Shown here piece after piece: positions 30,190 through 41,367 of a stretch of 64,000 nt of DNA (positions are counted from its first letter, which is position 1; each line of letters opens with the position of its first letter). The translations under genes and the position numbers were made by a program. The DNA is taken from assembly GCA_951813565.1 (NCBI GenBank), contig OX638351.1, positions 736,001-800,000 on the forward strand. Direction: 5' to 3'. Source of the DNA: an uncultured Poribacteria bacterium (GTDB lineage Bacteria > Poribacteria > WGA-4E > WGA-3G). The notes beneath the pieces are model-generated. The model was not told the DNA's origin. It did not search any database and saw nothing but the letters and a program-made list of their open reading frames with translations.

Positions 30190-30243
30190 AGGCGTATTAA
30201 AAGGACAAACCATTTTTTAGGAATAGCAAAAGGATTTAATAGG

Positions 30244-30849
30244 ATGAGTGATGAACAACGTATTGCAGACTTAATTGAGGATTTAGAGGAATTGGATGAC
30301 GATATTCGTGATGCTGCGAAGGTTGAATTGATTGAAATCGGTGAACCGGCAATACCGCAGCTGATTGAAGCACTGGCACATAACCTTTCGGATGTAGCTG
30401 ACCAGGCAGCCGATGTCTTAGTAGCAATCGGTGAACCCGTAATACCTAATCTTGTTGATGAGATGGAGATTGCTGAAAAACACCATGCCCTTGCTATCGT
30501 CAGTGCACTTACCCGTATAGGTGAACCCGCAATACCGTTTTTGTTGGAAGTATTAACCCAAAAACCGAGCGAAGAGCTCCGAGAATACGCAGTTCGCGCA
30601 TTCAGTGGGATGGGGGTTACGGCAACAATTGCAATCCCTGCACTTATTCAATCTTTAGGCGATCCCGACGATGAGGTTCGGACTTATGCTGCTTATGCAC
30701 TTTCTAAAATGGGTGAAGCAGCAGCGGATGCAGTACCCGCTCTCATCAAGGCACTTGAAGATGATTCTGAGCGTGTTCAACATCATGTAGCTTTTGCATT
30801 GGATAAAATTGGAACTCCAGAAGCACAAGAAGCACTTAGAGCATTGTAG
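30244..30849 (+). CDS. HEAT/PBS-lyase repeat protein
   Basis: Repeated IGEPAIPxL and AVPALIKALED units. Confidence 0.88.
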   Translation: MSDEQRIADLIEDLEELDDDIRDAAKVELIEIGEPAIPQLIEALAHNLSDVADQAADVLVAIGEPVIPNLVDEMEIAEKHHALAIVSALTRIGEPAIPFLLEVLTQKPSEELREYAVRAFSGMGVTATIAIPALIQSLGDPDDEVRTYAAYALSKMGEAAADAVPALIKALEDDSERVQHHVAFALDKIGTPEAQEALRAL

Positions 30850-30875
30850 TGTAACGCGAGTTCAATTATACCGTA

Positions 30876-31191
30876 ACGTGAATTTGATAAATCCCGTAGG
30901 GAATCAACACCGAATGCGCCTATGGCATTCGGTGGGGTAGAACGAAAATGGGCAATAAAAAACAGCCTCTAAAAAGAGGTTGTTGACCCATTTGAGGTCT
31001 ACATTTCTGAAAAAATAAGTGAAACCCAACTCTTTAGGACTGTCAAGATGGTTGAATTGTTGGGTTTCGCTTCGCTCTACCCATAGGCGTCAATTTAAGG
31101 TATATCCAGCATTTTTTCTTAAGTTGACAGTTATGGGTTTCGCTTCGCTCTACCCAACCTATTATATTCAATTTAATTATCAAACTCACGT
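30876..31191. mobile_element. composite IS982-like MITE with nested REP, IS231-like mini-MITE (31082..31135) and AATCAAC module
   Basis: IRs ACGTGAATTTGATAA/TTATCAAACTCACGT; inverted homologue at 48115..48553; 19-bp duplication at 31063..31081 and 31136..31154. Confidence 0.75.
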
Positions 31192-31376
31192 TACCTGTAG
31201 TAAATCAAGCCTCATGTACTTATAGTTTTCGTCATATTAACGCCTTGTGCGTGGCACGCTGCAGGACACAGAGAACACTGCCCTACCATAGAAGTAAATA
31301 ATCGGGCTTGCAAAGCCCTCCTACAAGATATGGTGTGGTTAATGTCAAAAACTTTACATGTAGATTAAAATAAAAC

Positions 31377-31406
31377 TTGAAAACTAATCTGTAAATATGG
31401 TATAAT
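31377..31406 (+). promoter_or_regulatory. sigma70 promoter upstream of korA
   Basis: TTGAAA-18-TATAAT with extended TG. Confidence 0.55.
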
Positions 31407-31528
31407 TAAAAAAAGAAGATTATTAGTATTGTTGACAAAGGAAATTTTACGAACCTCTTAAGAAGGCGCGAAATAATAAAATAATTAATAGATTGAGCAA
31501 ATTTGCTAACAATTAGAAAGGAGCCAAG

Positions 31529-33325
31529 ATGGCAAAGTACGATTTTGTAGTCGCCATAGGTGGGGCACCTGGACAAGGTATAGCTACAGCAGGCAAGAAC
31601 TTAAGTCAATTTTGTGCTCGGCACGGACTTCATGTTTTCGCTTATAGCGCTTACCAATCCCTCATCCGTGGCGGTCATACCTTCCTTACCATCCGAATTA
31701 GTTCGGAGCCAGTTGCAAACCACGGTGACCAGATCGACCTGATCATTGCCCTTGATAAAAACAGTTTAGAAAAACACATACCGCATGTCAGACCCGGCGG
31801 GGCAATTGTCTATAACAGTGATGATGTAAAAAAACAGGCACCGGAACGGGACGATATCCAGTTGTGTTCTATTCCTTATAAAGAGTTTTCCAAGGAAATT
31901 AAAGATAGAAAGACACAAAAAGCAGCTCTGAATACATGTTTGCTTGGTGGTGCTCTACGACTCGTGGGTGCAGATTTAAAACCGCTTGAAGAGATTCTCA
32001 TCGGCGCACTTCTCAAACGTAAAGGGCAGGAAGTCGTGGATGCCAACATCTCTGTCGCCCGAGCAGGTTATGAGCACGCCGCTGAACTCTTCACACAATT
32101 TGATGCTAAGTTTATGGAACAGGAACCTCCACTTGCTTTCGGTCAAGGCAATGAGCTTATGGCGATGGGAGGGGCATCAGCAGGTGTCAAATTTTATTGT
32201 GCATACCCGATGAGTCCATCTACAGGGGTGCTGCGTTGGATGGCGAGAAACGCTCGCGATCTCAACATTATGGTCCGCCAATGTGAAGATGAAATCAGTG
32301 TTGTCAATATGGTTATCGGTGCCGCACATGCAGGCTGCCGTGCAATGTGTGCAACTTCCGGTGGTGGTTTTGCCCTTATGTCGGAAGCAATCGGTAGTGC
32401 AGCGATGATGGAAATTCCGATTGTGGTTATTAACGTCCAACGCGGTGGTCCTTCTACCGGTTTGCCAACGAAAACGGAACAAGGCGATCTGTGGCAGATA
32501 CTCGGTGCAAGTCAAGGCGATTTCCCGAAGATAGTTGTTGCACCTACGAGTATTATTGATGGATTTAACACTATCCCAGAACTTTTCAACCTCGTGGATA
32601 AATTCCAATGCCCCGGCATGGTTCTCTCAGATCTTATGCTCGGTGAAGGTTATACAACATTTGAACCAGATGCGATTAATTGGCAACCGGAAATTGATCG
32701 CGGCGAGATGATAACCGAACTCGCTCAAACAGATGAGGAATACCTACGTTATCAGATTACAGAGAGTGGAATTTCGCCTCGTGCTATTCCTGGCACCCCC
32801 GGTCACGTACATGTTGTTGCTACCGATGACCATGACGAAGATGGTGGTTTAATTAGTGATGAATTTACGAACCCGCATAAACGTCGTGACATCATGGAGA
32901 AACGACAACGGAAAATGGAAGGGATCGTTAAACTTCTCCCACCGCCAACACTTGAAGGGCCGGAAGATGCTGAAGTCACGCTCATCGGTTGGGGGTCTAC
33001 ACACGGTGTTATTAGTGAAGCAGCGCAATCTTTAACTGAAAATGGTATTGTAACGAACCATATCCATTTCAAATGGCTCTATCCAATTGATGAAGATGTT
33101 GTTAACGAAGTGTTAGCAAAAGCAGGACGATCCATTATTGTTGAATGTAACTATACAGGTCAGTTTGCCCGATTCTTACGTGGTGAAACAGGCTTTAAGG
33201 CAAATGGTCACATTCGCAAGTACGATGGTGAACCGTTTATGCCGCACCACATTGTTGATGGTGCCCGTGAACTACTAATCGGTAAGACAGAACTCTATGT
33301 GCCATACCAAGAAATTGTTGTCTAA
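31529..33325 (+). CDS. korA: 2-oxoacid:ferredoxin oxidoreductase alpha (gamma-alpha fusion) subunit
   Basis: GGAPGQG, AYPMSPST, QCEDEI, QRGGPSTGLPT. Confidence 0.9.
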   Translation: MAKYDFVVAIGGAPGQGIATAGKNLSQFCARHGLHVFAYSAYQSLIRGGHTFLTIRISSEPVANHGDQIDLIIALDKNSLEKHIPHVRPGGAIVYNSDDVKKQAPERDDIQLCSIPYKEFSKEIKDRKTQKAALNTCLLGGALRLVGADLKPLEEILIGALLKRKGQEVVDANISVARAGYEHAAELFTQFDAKFMEQEPPLAFGQGNELMAMGGASAGVKFYCAYPMSPSTGVLRWMARNARDLNIMVRQCEDEISVVNMVIGAAHAGCRAMCATSGGGFALMSEAIGSAAMMEIPIVVINVQRGGPSTGLPTKTEQGDLWQILGASQGDFPKIVVAPTSIIDGFNTIPELFNLVDKFQCPGMVLSDLMLGEGYTTFEPDAINWQPEIDRGEMITELAQTDEEYLRYQITESGISPRAIPGTPGHVHVVATDDHDEDGGLISDEFTNPHKRRDIMEKRQRKMEGIVKLLPPPTLEGPEDAEVTLIGWGSTHGVISEAAQSLTENGIVTNHIHFKWLYPIDEDVVNEVLAKAGRSIIVECNYTGQFARFLRGETGFKANGHIRKYDGEPFMPHHIVDGARELLIGKTELYVPYQEIVV

Positions 33326-33342
33326 CAAAGGAGGATGAATCA

Positions 33343-34233
33343 ATGGCAAAAAAAGAAAGACCTATTCAAGGTGCTCCTACAGCGAGAGATTTTAAAGGGG
33401 ATGTCCACCCCGACTGGTGTCCCGGTTGCGGTGATTTCGGTGTACTGAATGCCCTACAAAATGCTTATGCTGAACTCGGTCGTGGCAATCATGATCACCT
33501 CACCGTTAGCGGAATCGGATGTTCCTCGAATCTCCCTGGCTTCATCCGTACTTACGGCATGCATACTTTGCATGGACGTTCACTTGCTGTAGCAACGGGG
33601 GCAAAACTCGCCAATCACGATTTGAATGTCGTCGTAACAGGCGGCGATGGCGATGGATACGGCATCGGTGGAAACCATTTCATTCATACAATGCGGAAAA
33701 ATGTTGATCTCCTCTACATTGTGATGAACAACGAAACTTACGGGTTGACGGTTGGTCAAGCTTCACCTACGACTCAAGTTGGCGAGAAAACTTATAGCAC
33801 ACCGTTTGGTAATATAGAAACACCCCTCAATCCGGTCGCTATGGCGATTGTCACGGGTGCTACTTATGTCGCAAGAGCATTTAGTTCTGCAAGAAAAGAA
33901 CTCATAGAATTGATGTATAACGGCATGCAGCATAAAGGGTTCGCCTTTATTGATGTTATCAGTCCTTGTGTAACGTGGAAGGATGATGAAATTTTCGATT
34001 ATTGGAAGGAGCGAGTCAATTTTCTTGAAAATCATGACACAAGTGATAAAGCCGCGGCACTTGAACAGGCAGTCAAGACGGGTCATGATACTCAGATTGG
34101 GTTATTCTACCATGACACAAGTCGTCCCTCCTTGGATCAGATGGAACCTATTTTAGAAAATGGACCTGTGGCGCACCAACCCCTCGGTATTACCCCTGAA
34201 CAGGGTGCTGCAATTATCCAGCACATGATGTAA
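33343..34233 (+). CDS. korB: 2-oxoacid:ferredoxin oxidoreductase beta subunit
   Basis: WCPGCGD, GIGCS, GGDGD TPP motif, ISPCVT. Confidence 0.92.
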   Translation: MAKKERPIQGAPTARDFKGDVHPDWCPGCGDFGVLNALQNAYAELGRGNHDHLTVSGIGCSSNLPGFIRTYGMHTLHGRSLAVATGAKLANHDLNVVVTGGDGDGYGIGGNHFIHTMRKNVDLLYIVMNNETYGLTVGQASPTTQVGEKTYSTPFGNIETPLNPVAMAIVTGATYVARAFSSARKELIELMYNGMQHKGFAFIDVISPCVTWKDDEIFDYWKERVNFLENHDTSDKAAALEQAVKTGHDTQIGLFYHDTSRPSLDQMEPILENGPVAHQPLGITPEQGAAIIQHMM

Positions 34234-34244
34234 AACGGAACGGT

Positions 34245-34276
34245 AAGGGCAGGTATGTATCTGCCCTTTTCTTTTT
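34245..34276 (+). terminator. intrinsic terminator after korB
   Basis: AAGGGCAG-loop-CTGCCCTT followed by a T tract. Confidence 0.75.
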
Positions 34277-34311
34277 GCTCTACGCCAGAATTACAAATAT
34301 CTCCTCACACT

Positions 34312-35025
34312 ATGCGTCTTAACGCTTCCCAGATCACAAAAAATTTCGGACACCGTACGATTGTTAAAAACGTTAATCTCACGATTAACCCTGGAGAAGT
34401 ATTGGCGATTTTCGGTCCTAACGGTGCGGGTAAAACGACGTTCATTAAAATACTTGCGACTCTCCTCCGCCCCACATCGGGGAAACTTGAAATCGAAGGC
34501 ATAGATGCAATCGCTGACTACGCACAAGTGAGAAATACTTTAGGCGTTATTATCCATGAGCATTTAGCGTACCCTACATTAACTCCTTATGAGAATCTCA
34601 GGTTTTTTGGGCAGATGTACGGTGTTGAACATTTAGAGACTCGCTGTAAGACACTTTTGGGTGAAGTTGGCTTGCACCGCTTTATCCATGAACCGCTTCA
34701 CATCTTTTCACGGGGCATGACGCAGCGTTTTATGATTGCCAGAGCCCTCCTCCATCACCCTTCAATTTTACTACTTGATGAACCTTTCTCTGGACTTGAT
34801 GCATCTGCCAAGCAGTTTGTGATAGATCGCATTGCACAAGAACGAGAAAATGGGAAAGGCATCCTCATTACAACGCATAACAGCGAATTGGGATATCTTG
34901 TCGGCACGAAGTTTCTTTTTATGATAAAAGGAGAATTGGAGGAGATCGCAAAAAAAGATGAAATTGAAGTAGAGACGTTACTACACATGTACGAAGAGAG
35001 GTTGATAGACACCACTTCAAATTGA
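34312..35025 (+). CDS. ccmA: heme exporter ATP-binding protein CcmA
   Basis: GPNGAGKTT, FSRGMTQR, LLLDEPFSGLD; next to ccmB. Confidence 0.85.
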   Translation: MRLNASQITKNFGHRTIVKNVNLTINPGEVLAIFGPNGAGKTTFIKILATLLRPTSGKLEIEGIDAIADYAQVRNTLGVIIHEHLAYPTLTPYENLRFFGQMYGVEHLETRCKTLLGEVGLHRFIHEPLHIFSRGMTQRFMIARALLHHPSILLLDEPFSGLDASAKQFVIDRIAQERENGKGILITTHNSELGYLVGTKFLFMIKGELEEIAKKDEIEVETLLHMYEERLIDTTSN

Positions 35026-35032
35026 GACACAC

Positions 35033-35728
35033 ATGAAGGCACTCCGTCAGATTGCCGCGTTGATTCGTAAAGACTTTAGGCTGCAATTCCGTTCGAAAGA
35101 GACGCTGGCATTAATTTTTGTTTTTAGCGTACTTGTTGTTCTCATTTTTGCGTTTGCGTTTGGTCCAGATTTTCCTAAAGAAGAAAATGAACGCGGAAAA
35201 TTAGCCGCCAGTGTCCTCTGGGCAGCATTCGTTTTTGCGGGTATTATCAACTTGAATCGTTCATTCGTGGTAGAACGCACACACGGTGCGCTGCACGGCA
35301 TGCGACTTACTGGTGTTGATGCGAGCAATATTTACCTTTCCAAAGTTGTCAGCAATTTTGTTTTTCTATTTTTACTGGAAATTGTCATTACCCCCATCGC
35401 ACTTCAATTTTTAGACCTATTTGACGCTGTGACGGTGGGCATATTATTAAAACTACTTGGCGTGCTGAGTATCGGCACGCTCGGTTTTTGTGCTGTCGGT
35501 GTGCTGTTAGCTGGGATGTCTACAAGCACAAATGGTGGTGAAAGCCTACTTTCTGTAATTTTACTTCCACTTATCATTCCAATTATTATGGGCGGAACAA
35601 AATGCACTGTCTCTATTTTGGTAACTGGTGGATTAGAAGACAGTTTTTGGCTGAAAATGGTGGTAGGGTCAACTCTTATCTTTTTGGCATCAGCGTATCT
35701 GCTTGCTGATGCCGTTATTGAGGAATAG
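35033..35728 (+). CDS. ccmB: heme exporter permease CcmB
   Basis: KDFRLQFRS, LNRSFVVER...GAL, LLSVILLPLIIP; multi-TM. Confidence 0.9.
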   Translation: MKALRQIAALIRKDFRLQFRSKETLALIFVFSVLVVLIFAFAFGPDFPKEENERGKLAASVLWAAFVFAGIINLNRSFVVERTHGALHGMRLTGVDASNIYLSKVVSNFVFLFLLEIVITPIALQFLDLFDAVTVGILLKLLGVLSIGTLGFCAVGVLLAGMSTSTNGGESLLSVILLPLIIPIIMGGTKCTVSILVTGGLEDSFWLKMVVGSTLIFLASAYLLADAVIEE

Positions 35729-35789
35729 TGGTGGCTTAAATACCCGAACGGTAATATAATCGTATCAGGTATTAGTTGCCACACCTTGA

Positions 35790-37118
<1,329 letters not shown>

Positions 37119-37184
37119 AACCCTGTTTTCGTATTGGGCCGGTGTTTGTGCTGTCCCAATACATCCTCTTTAAAGAGTTGCTTT

Positions 37185-37472
37185 ATGCGTATTTTTCGCG
37201 CAATCTTACTTATCATCGCATTAGCCCTACTCATAGTCAGCGTCAGGCAATTTATGCGTGGTTATAGAGACTGGGAACAAGCGCAAATCGTTGAGAAAGG
37301 CTACCAAGCGGAAATACGAGAGTTGGAAGCCGAACGCGATCGGCGTAAGCAGCGTGTTGAACTGCTAAAAGATGATACCTTAACCAAAGAACGTCTTGTC
37401 AGAAAAAGGTTCGGTTATGTCAAGCCTGGTGAGGTCAAATACAAAATAATTAAACCCACACAATCTGAATAA
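37185..37472 (+). CDS. ftsB: septum formation initiator FtsB/DivIC
   Basis: TM plus coiled coil plus GYVKPGE; conserved position after eno. Confidence 0.8.
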   Translation: MRIFRAILLIIALALLIVSVRQFMRGYRDWEQAQIVEKGYQAEIRELEAERDRRKQRVELLKDDTLTKERLVRKRFGYVKPGEVKYKIIKPTQSE

Positions 37473-37750
37473 TTATCAAATCCAAACGAACCGTTTGTTT
37501 GATCTATAGATAACATTCCCCGCACAATTTTACACAAAATTGAATAGAGCAAACACCTGTGTTTGTCTTCGTGTTTCGCGATTTGTCCAATAAACCTTTT
37601 GCAATATAGAATAATATTAGTTATAATTGAGAATAGCACAATCAGACAAATTCCGGGTTATAACGTTCTGACTAAAAATAGTCACGCTATTACTGCCATG
37701 AAATATAGGACAATTTTATGTTGCACGCAGAAAACAATCGCCGAAACCCT

Positions 37751-39073
37751 ATGCCTAAGCTAATTGCTATATGTGGATTGCTGCTGCTTTTCATTTTCGT
37801 CATTAATGCTGTTCGGGTTTTTGAGAATAAGACATCTGAGCCGTCCATTACTAAAGTTGGTGTGGAGGAAACGCGGCCGAAATCTATTAGGGCAGAGGTG
37901 AAGGAATTGCGTCCGAAATCTGTTAGACGCAAGGATGCACTTGATACAAGGCGATGGCCCGATGGATTCAGGCTATACCGCTATCAGTGGGTTGGGGGCG
38001 CTGCTGTTTACGTTGCGGAAATGGATCGTGATGTCAAAAACCTTAGATTCGATATAGAACTTGCCAACTCTCAAATTCTTAGGCGTGAAACTATCACCAG
38101 TGCTACGAGACGGCTCAAACGAAAAGGAATACAACCTCTGGCGGGTGTCAATGGGAGTTTTGGGATTCGTGAGGACAGTTATGGTCGTGGCGGTATGATT
38201 TTCAACCTTCATATCCAAGCAGGTGAACTTGTCAGTATTCCTAAATTAATTGATAGATGGGGTTATTCACCACCTTCACCATGGGGCGAAACAAGTTTTG
38301 GAGTTACCCCTGATGGCGAATTTCTTTTACAGGCGGTTCAATTAAACGGCAAACTTCGCATTGGCGAAGAAACACTTACGATAGAAGCGGTCAACCAAAT
38401 CTGCGATTCGTTGTGTCAGGCAGTGCTTTACACGCCACGTTTTGGAAGATCGACTTTGACACGTCGATGCTACGAATTCACCCTTAAAAAACTAACACTT
38501 CCGCTCACCGGTAAATACACGAGTCGTTTTGTTGTGACCGCAGTTAATCCGCGTGGCAACAGCGTCATACCGTCTGATGGTGTTGTCCTCGCTATGGAAC
38601 CTCGCTTGGCAGTCCGCTGGTACAAAAAGATTTCAAAATCTACGACTGGTGTATTGGATATTGCGCTCACGCCTGAAAAATGGCAGACAGTTCAGACGGG
38701 TATTGGTGGTAATCTACGGTTGTTACGTGACGGTGAAATTGAACCTGAATTGTTTGAGTTTGCACGTGGTAGAAACAACAGTGCTTACAGACATAGCAAT
38801 GCTGCCCATCGGCATCCGAGAAGTGCATTAGGGTTTAATGATGAGAAACTCTTTCTTATTGTTATTGATGGCAGGCAATCTGGGTACAGCATGGGTATGA
38901 CCCTTTATCAGATGGCAGATTTTTTTAATGACATCGGCATTAAGCACGCTATTAACTTTGATGGTGGTAGTTCCTCTGCTTTGTGGGCATTGGGCAGGAT
39001 TGTAAATAGACCTGCACACGGTTATGAACGTCGCATCTTCAACGTAGCGTTGATTCGCACTAAAGAAAAATAA
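37751..39073 (+). CDS. phosphodiester glycosidase (NAGPA-like) family protein
   Basis: GVNGSF, RHPRSALG, VIDGRQ, AINFDGGSS. Confidence 0.85.
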   Translation: MPKLIAICGLLLLFIFVINAVRVFENKTSEPSITKVGVEETRPKSIRAEVKELRPKSVRRKDALDTRRWPDGFRLYRYQWVGGAAVYVAEMDRDVKNLRFDIELANSQILRRETITSATRRLKRKGIQPLAGVNGSFGIREDSYGRGGMIFNLHIQAGELVSIPKLIDRWGYSPPSPWGETSFGVTPDGEFLLQAVQLNGKLRIGEETLTIEAVNQICDSLCQAVLYTPRFGRSTLTRRCYEFTLKKLTLPLTGKYTSRFVVTAVNPRGNSVIPSDGVVLAMEPRLAVRWYKKISKSTTGVLDIALTPEKWQTVQTGIGGNLRLLRDGEIEPELFEFARGRNNSAYRHSNAAHRHPRSALGFNDEKLFLIVIDGRQSGYSMGMTLYQMADFFNDIGIKHAINFDGGSSSALWALGRIVNRPAHGYERRIFNVALIRTKEK

Positions 39074-39077
39074 TCAC

Positions 39078-39488
39078 ATGAAACTACGATATGCTATACT
39101 ATCCATCCTGTTGTTAATCGCGTGTTCAAATAGGAATACCCCACAAGCAGTCGCTGAAGATTTTATCTATAATTACTACAAACTTGCTAACCAAGAAACG
39201 GCACTCCAACTGAGCTATGGACAGGCTACAGAAAAATTGGAAGCGGAAATAGTGCGGCTGCAGGATGTGCGGGCACCGGGCGATCCTGGACCCGAAATGC
39301 CAAAAATGGAATATAAACAAACCGGAAAAGAAGTCGCGAATGAAGTTGAAAACATAGAACACATATTATTCGACTATAAATTGACAATCAAAAATAGCGT
39401 CGGCACAACAACACATACCCGAAATGTTGTGATTACCACTGAAAACATAGAAGGGCAGTGGAAGGTTGTCAATTTTGATGAGTATTAG
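39078..39488 (+). CDS. hypothetical lipoprotein
   Basis: LIAC lipobox, C-terminal GQWKV. Confidence 0.7.
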   Translation: MKLRYAILSILLLIACSNRNTPQAVAEDFIYNYYKLANQETALQLSYGQATEKLEAEIVRLQDVRAPGDPGPEMPKMEYKQTGKEVANEVENIEHILFDYKLTIKNSVGTTTHTRNVVITTENIEGQWKVVNFDEY

Positions 39489-39544
39489 AATATTATGGTT
39501 TGAGGTGACGCGGGAATCCTAATTTTATCCAATGGAAGTTTTCC

Positions 39545-40654
39545 ATGAAAACCGGCAAGGTCGCTATCTTTACACAACCACAAACGCCGTTGGAATTTCG
39601 GGAATATCCGATCCCATCCGTAACAACTGACGATATGCTTGTACGAATCCGAATGGCGAATATCTGCGGTTCAGATCTGCACTTTTGGCGAGGGCACGGT
39701 CCCAAAATCACAGGAGGAATTCCCCAAGTGTTGGGTCATGAAATGATCGGCACGATTGAAGCGATGGGACGCAACGTCCAAAATGACAGCATAGGACAAC
39801 CGCTGACCGAAGGAGACCGAATCGTCTACTCCTATTTCAAACCCTGCCAACGCTGTTGGATGTGTCTCAACGGAAAACCTGGTTGTCCGAATCGCTACAG
39901 AGATTGGCTCGGTGTTTCAAGTGAACAACATCCACATTTCCACGGTGCTTACGGTGAATACTACTATATGAAGGCAGGACATTGGGTTTTTAAAGTGCCT
40001 GATGAACTGCCGGACACGCTTGTTTCTCCTATAAACTGCGCTTTATCGGAAGTTATTTACGGACTCAATCAAATCGGTATCACACTTGGAGATACGGTTG
40101 TTATCCAAGGTGCTGGCGGGCTCGGGCTTTATGCAACTGCGGTGGCAAGGGAGATGGGTGCAGGGAAAATCGTTGTCCTTGATCGGCTTCCTGCACGGCT
40201 TGCACTCGCGCATGAATTTGGCGCGGATTATACGCTCAACGTAGATGAACTTGAAATAGCAGAACGCGTTGATTATGTTCTTGACCAGACAAGTGGCATC
40301 GGTGCCGATCTTGTCGCGGAGTTTGTTGGCTCGCCGCGCGTGCTCGCTGAAGGTATAGAAATGCTTCGGTGGGGTGGACGTTATCTCTGGATCGGTAATA
40401 TCAATCTCGGTTTTCCAACGGAAATTGATCCTGGTAATATCGTTCGGTGTAGCAAAGCGATTCGAGGTGTGATCGTTTATGAGCCATGGGTAATTCCGCG
40501 TGCACTTGATTTCCTGAGCCGCACACGAGACAAATATCCGTTTCATAAAATCATCTCCGATACTTTCCCGTTTGACCATATTAACGACGCTTTCTCTTAC
40601 GCTGATGAGGGTTCTGCTATCCGAGTCGGATTGAAATTTGATGAGGTCCATTAA
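39545..40654 (+). CDS. zinc-dependent medium-chain dehydrogenase
   Basis: ICGSDLH, LGHE, CxxCxxC, QGAGGLG. Confidence 0.93.
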   Translation: MKTGKVAIFTQPQTPLEFREYPIPSVTTDDMLVRIRMANICGSDLHFWRGHGPKITGGIPQVLGHEMIGTIEAMGRNVQNDSIGQPLTEGDRIVYSYFKPCQRCWMCLNGKPGCPNRYRDWLGVSSEQHPHFHGAYGEYYYMKAGHWVFKVPDELPDTLVSPINCALSEVIYGLNQIGITLGDTVVIQGAGGLGLYATAVAREMGAGKIVVLDRLPARLALAHEFGADYTLNVDELEIAERVDYVLDQTSGIGADLVAEFVGSPRVLAEGIEMLRWGGRYLWIGNINLGFPTEIDPGNIVRCSKAIRGVIVYEPWVIPRALDFLSRTRDKYPFHKIISDTFPFDHINDAFSYADEGSAIRVGLKFDEVH

Positions 40655-40662
40655 TTTATGCT

Positions 40663-40983
40663 ATGGAGTTAGAAATATATCAAGACCAAAATGGGAATGA
40701 GCCTTTTTTAGAATGGCTTTCTGGCATTAAGGACAAAGTGATGACTGCAAGAATTCGTAGTCGCTTAAGAAAGATTGAAGAAACCGGAAAATTCGGTGAT
40801 TTTCGGTCAGTAGGAAGTGGCATGTATGAATTTCGGCTGCAGTTTGGACCGGCGTACCGGATTTACTTCGGCAGAATAGGAAACGATACCATTTTACTGT
40901 TACGGGGTGGTGACAAGGGTTCGCAAAGTCAAGATATCGGAAAAGCAAAGATAGATTGGAAAGAACATAATTCAAGGGAGTAA
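40663..40983 (+). CDS. RelE/HigB-type toxin (HI1419-like addiction module killer)
   Basis: GKFGDFRSVGSGMYEFRLQFGPAYRIYF...LLRGGDKGSQSQDI. Confidence 0.9.
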   Translation: MELEIYQDQNGNEPFLEWLSGIKDKVMTARIRSRLRKIEETGKFGDFRSVGSGMYEFRLQFGPAYRIYFGRIGNDTILLLRGGDKGSQSQDIGKAKIDWKEHNSRE

Positions 40984-40987
40984 AAAA

Positions 40988-41314
40988 ATGCATAACTACA
41001 GAAAATTCAAAGACTATCATATTGAACAACTACGCGATCCAGAAGACGCAAAAATATATCTTTCTGTAGCACTTGAAGATTATGAGAAAAACGAAGATAT
41101 AGATGCTTTTTTACTTGCGGTTAGAGATGTAGCAGAGGCACAGGGAGACATGTCTAAGTTAGCCGAAAGTGTTAGCCTCACCAATGAGGGACTTTACAAA
41201 ATTCTTTCTGAAAACGGGAATCCACAACTTAATATGATGCGTAAAATATTGCACGAATTAGGTTTTAAATTTTCTATAGAAGCACGCGAGAACCGACTAC
41301 AAGCAGGTCACTAA
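40988..41314 (+). CDS. HI1420-like antitoxin (HTH)
   Basis: VAEAQGDMSKLAE...EGLYKILSENGNPQL; directly downstream of the toxin. Confidence 0.9.
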   Translation: MHNYRKFKDYHIEQLRDPEDAKIYLSVALEDYEKNEDIDAFLLAVRDVAEAQGDMSKLAESVSLTNEGLYKILSENGNPQLNMMRKILHELGFKFSIEARENRLQAGH

Positions 41315-41367
41315 AATAGAACAGCGTCTGTTCACGACAAATACTAAATATCAATAATCCCGTTAAA

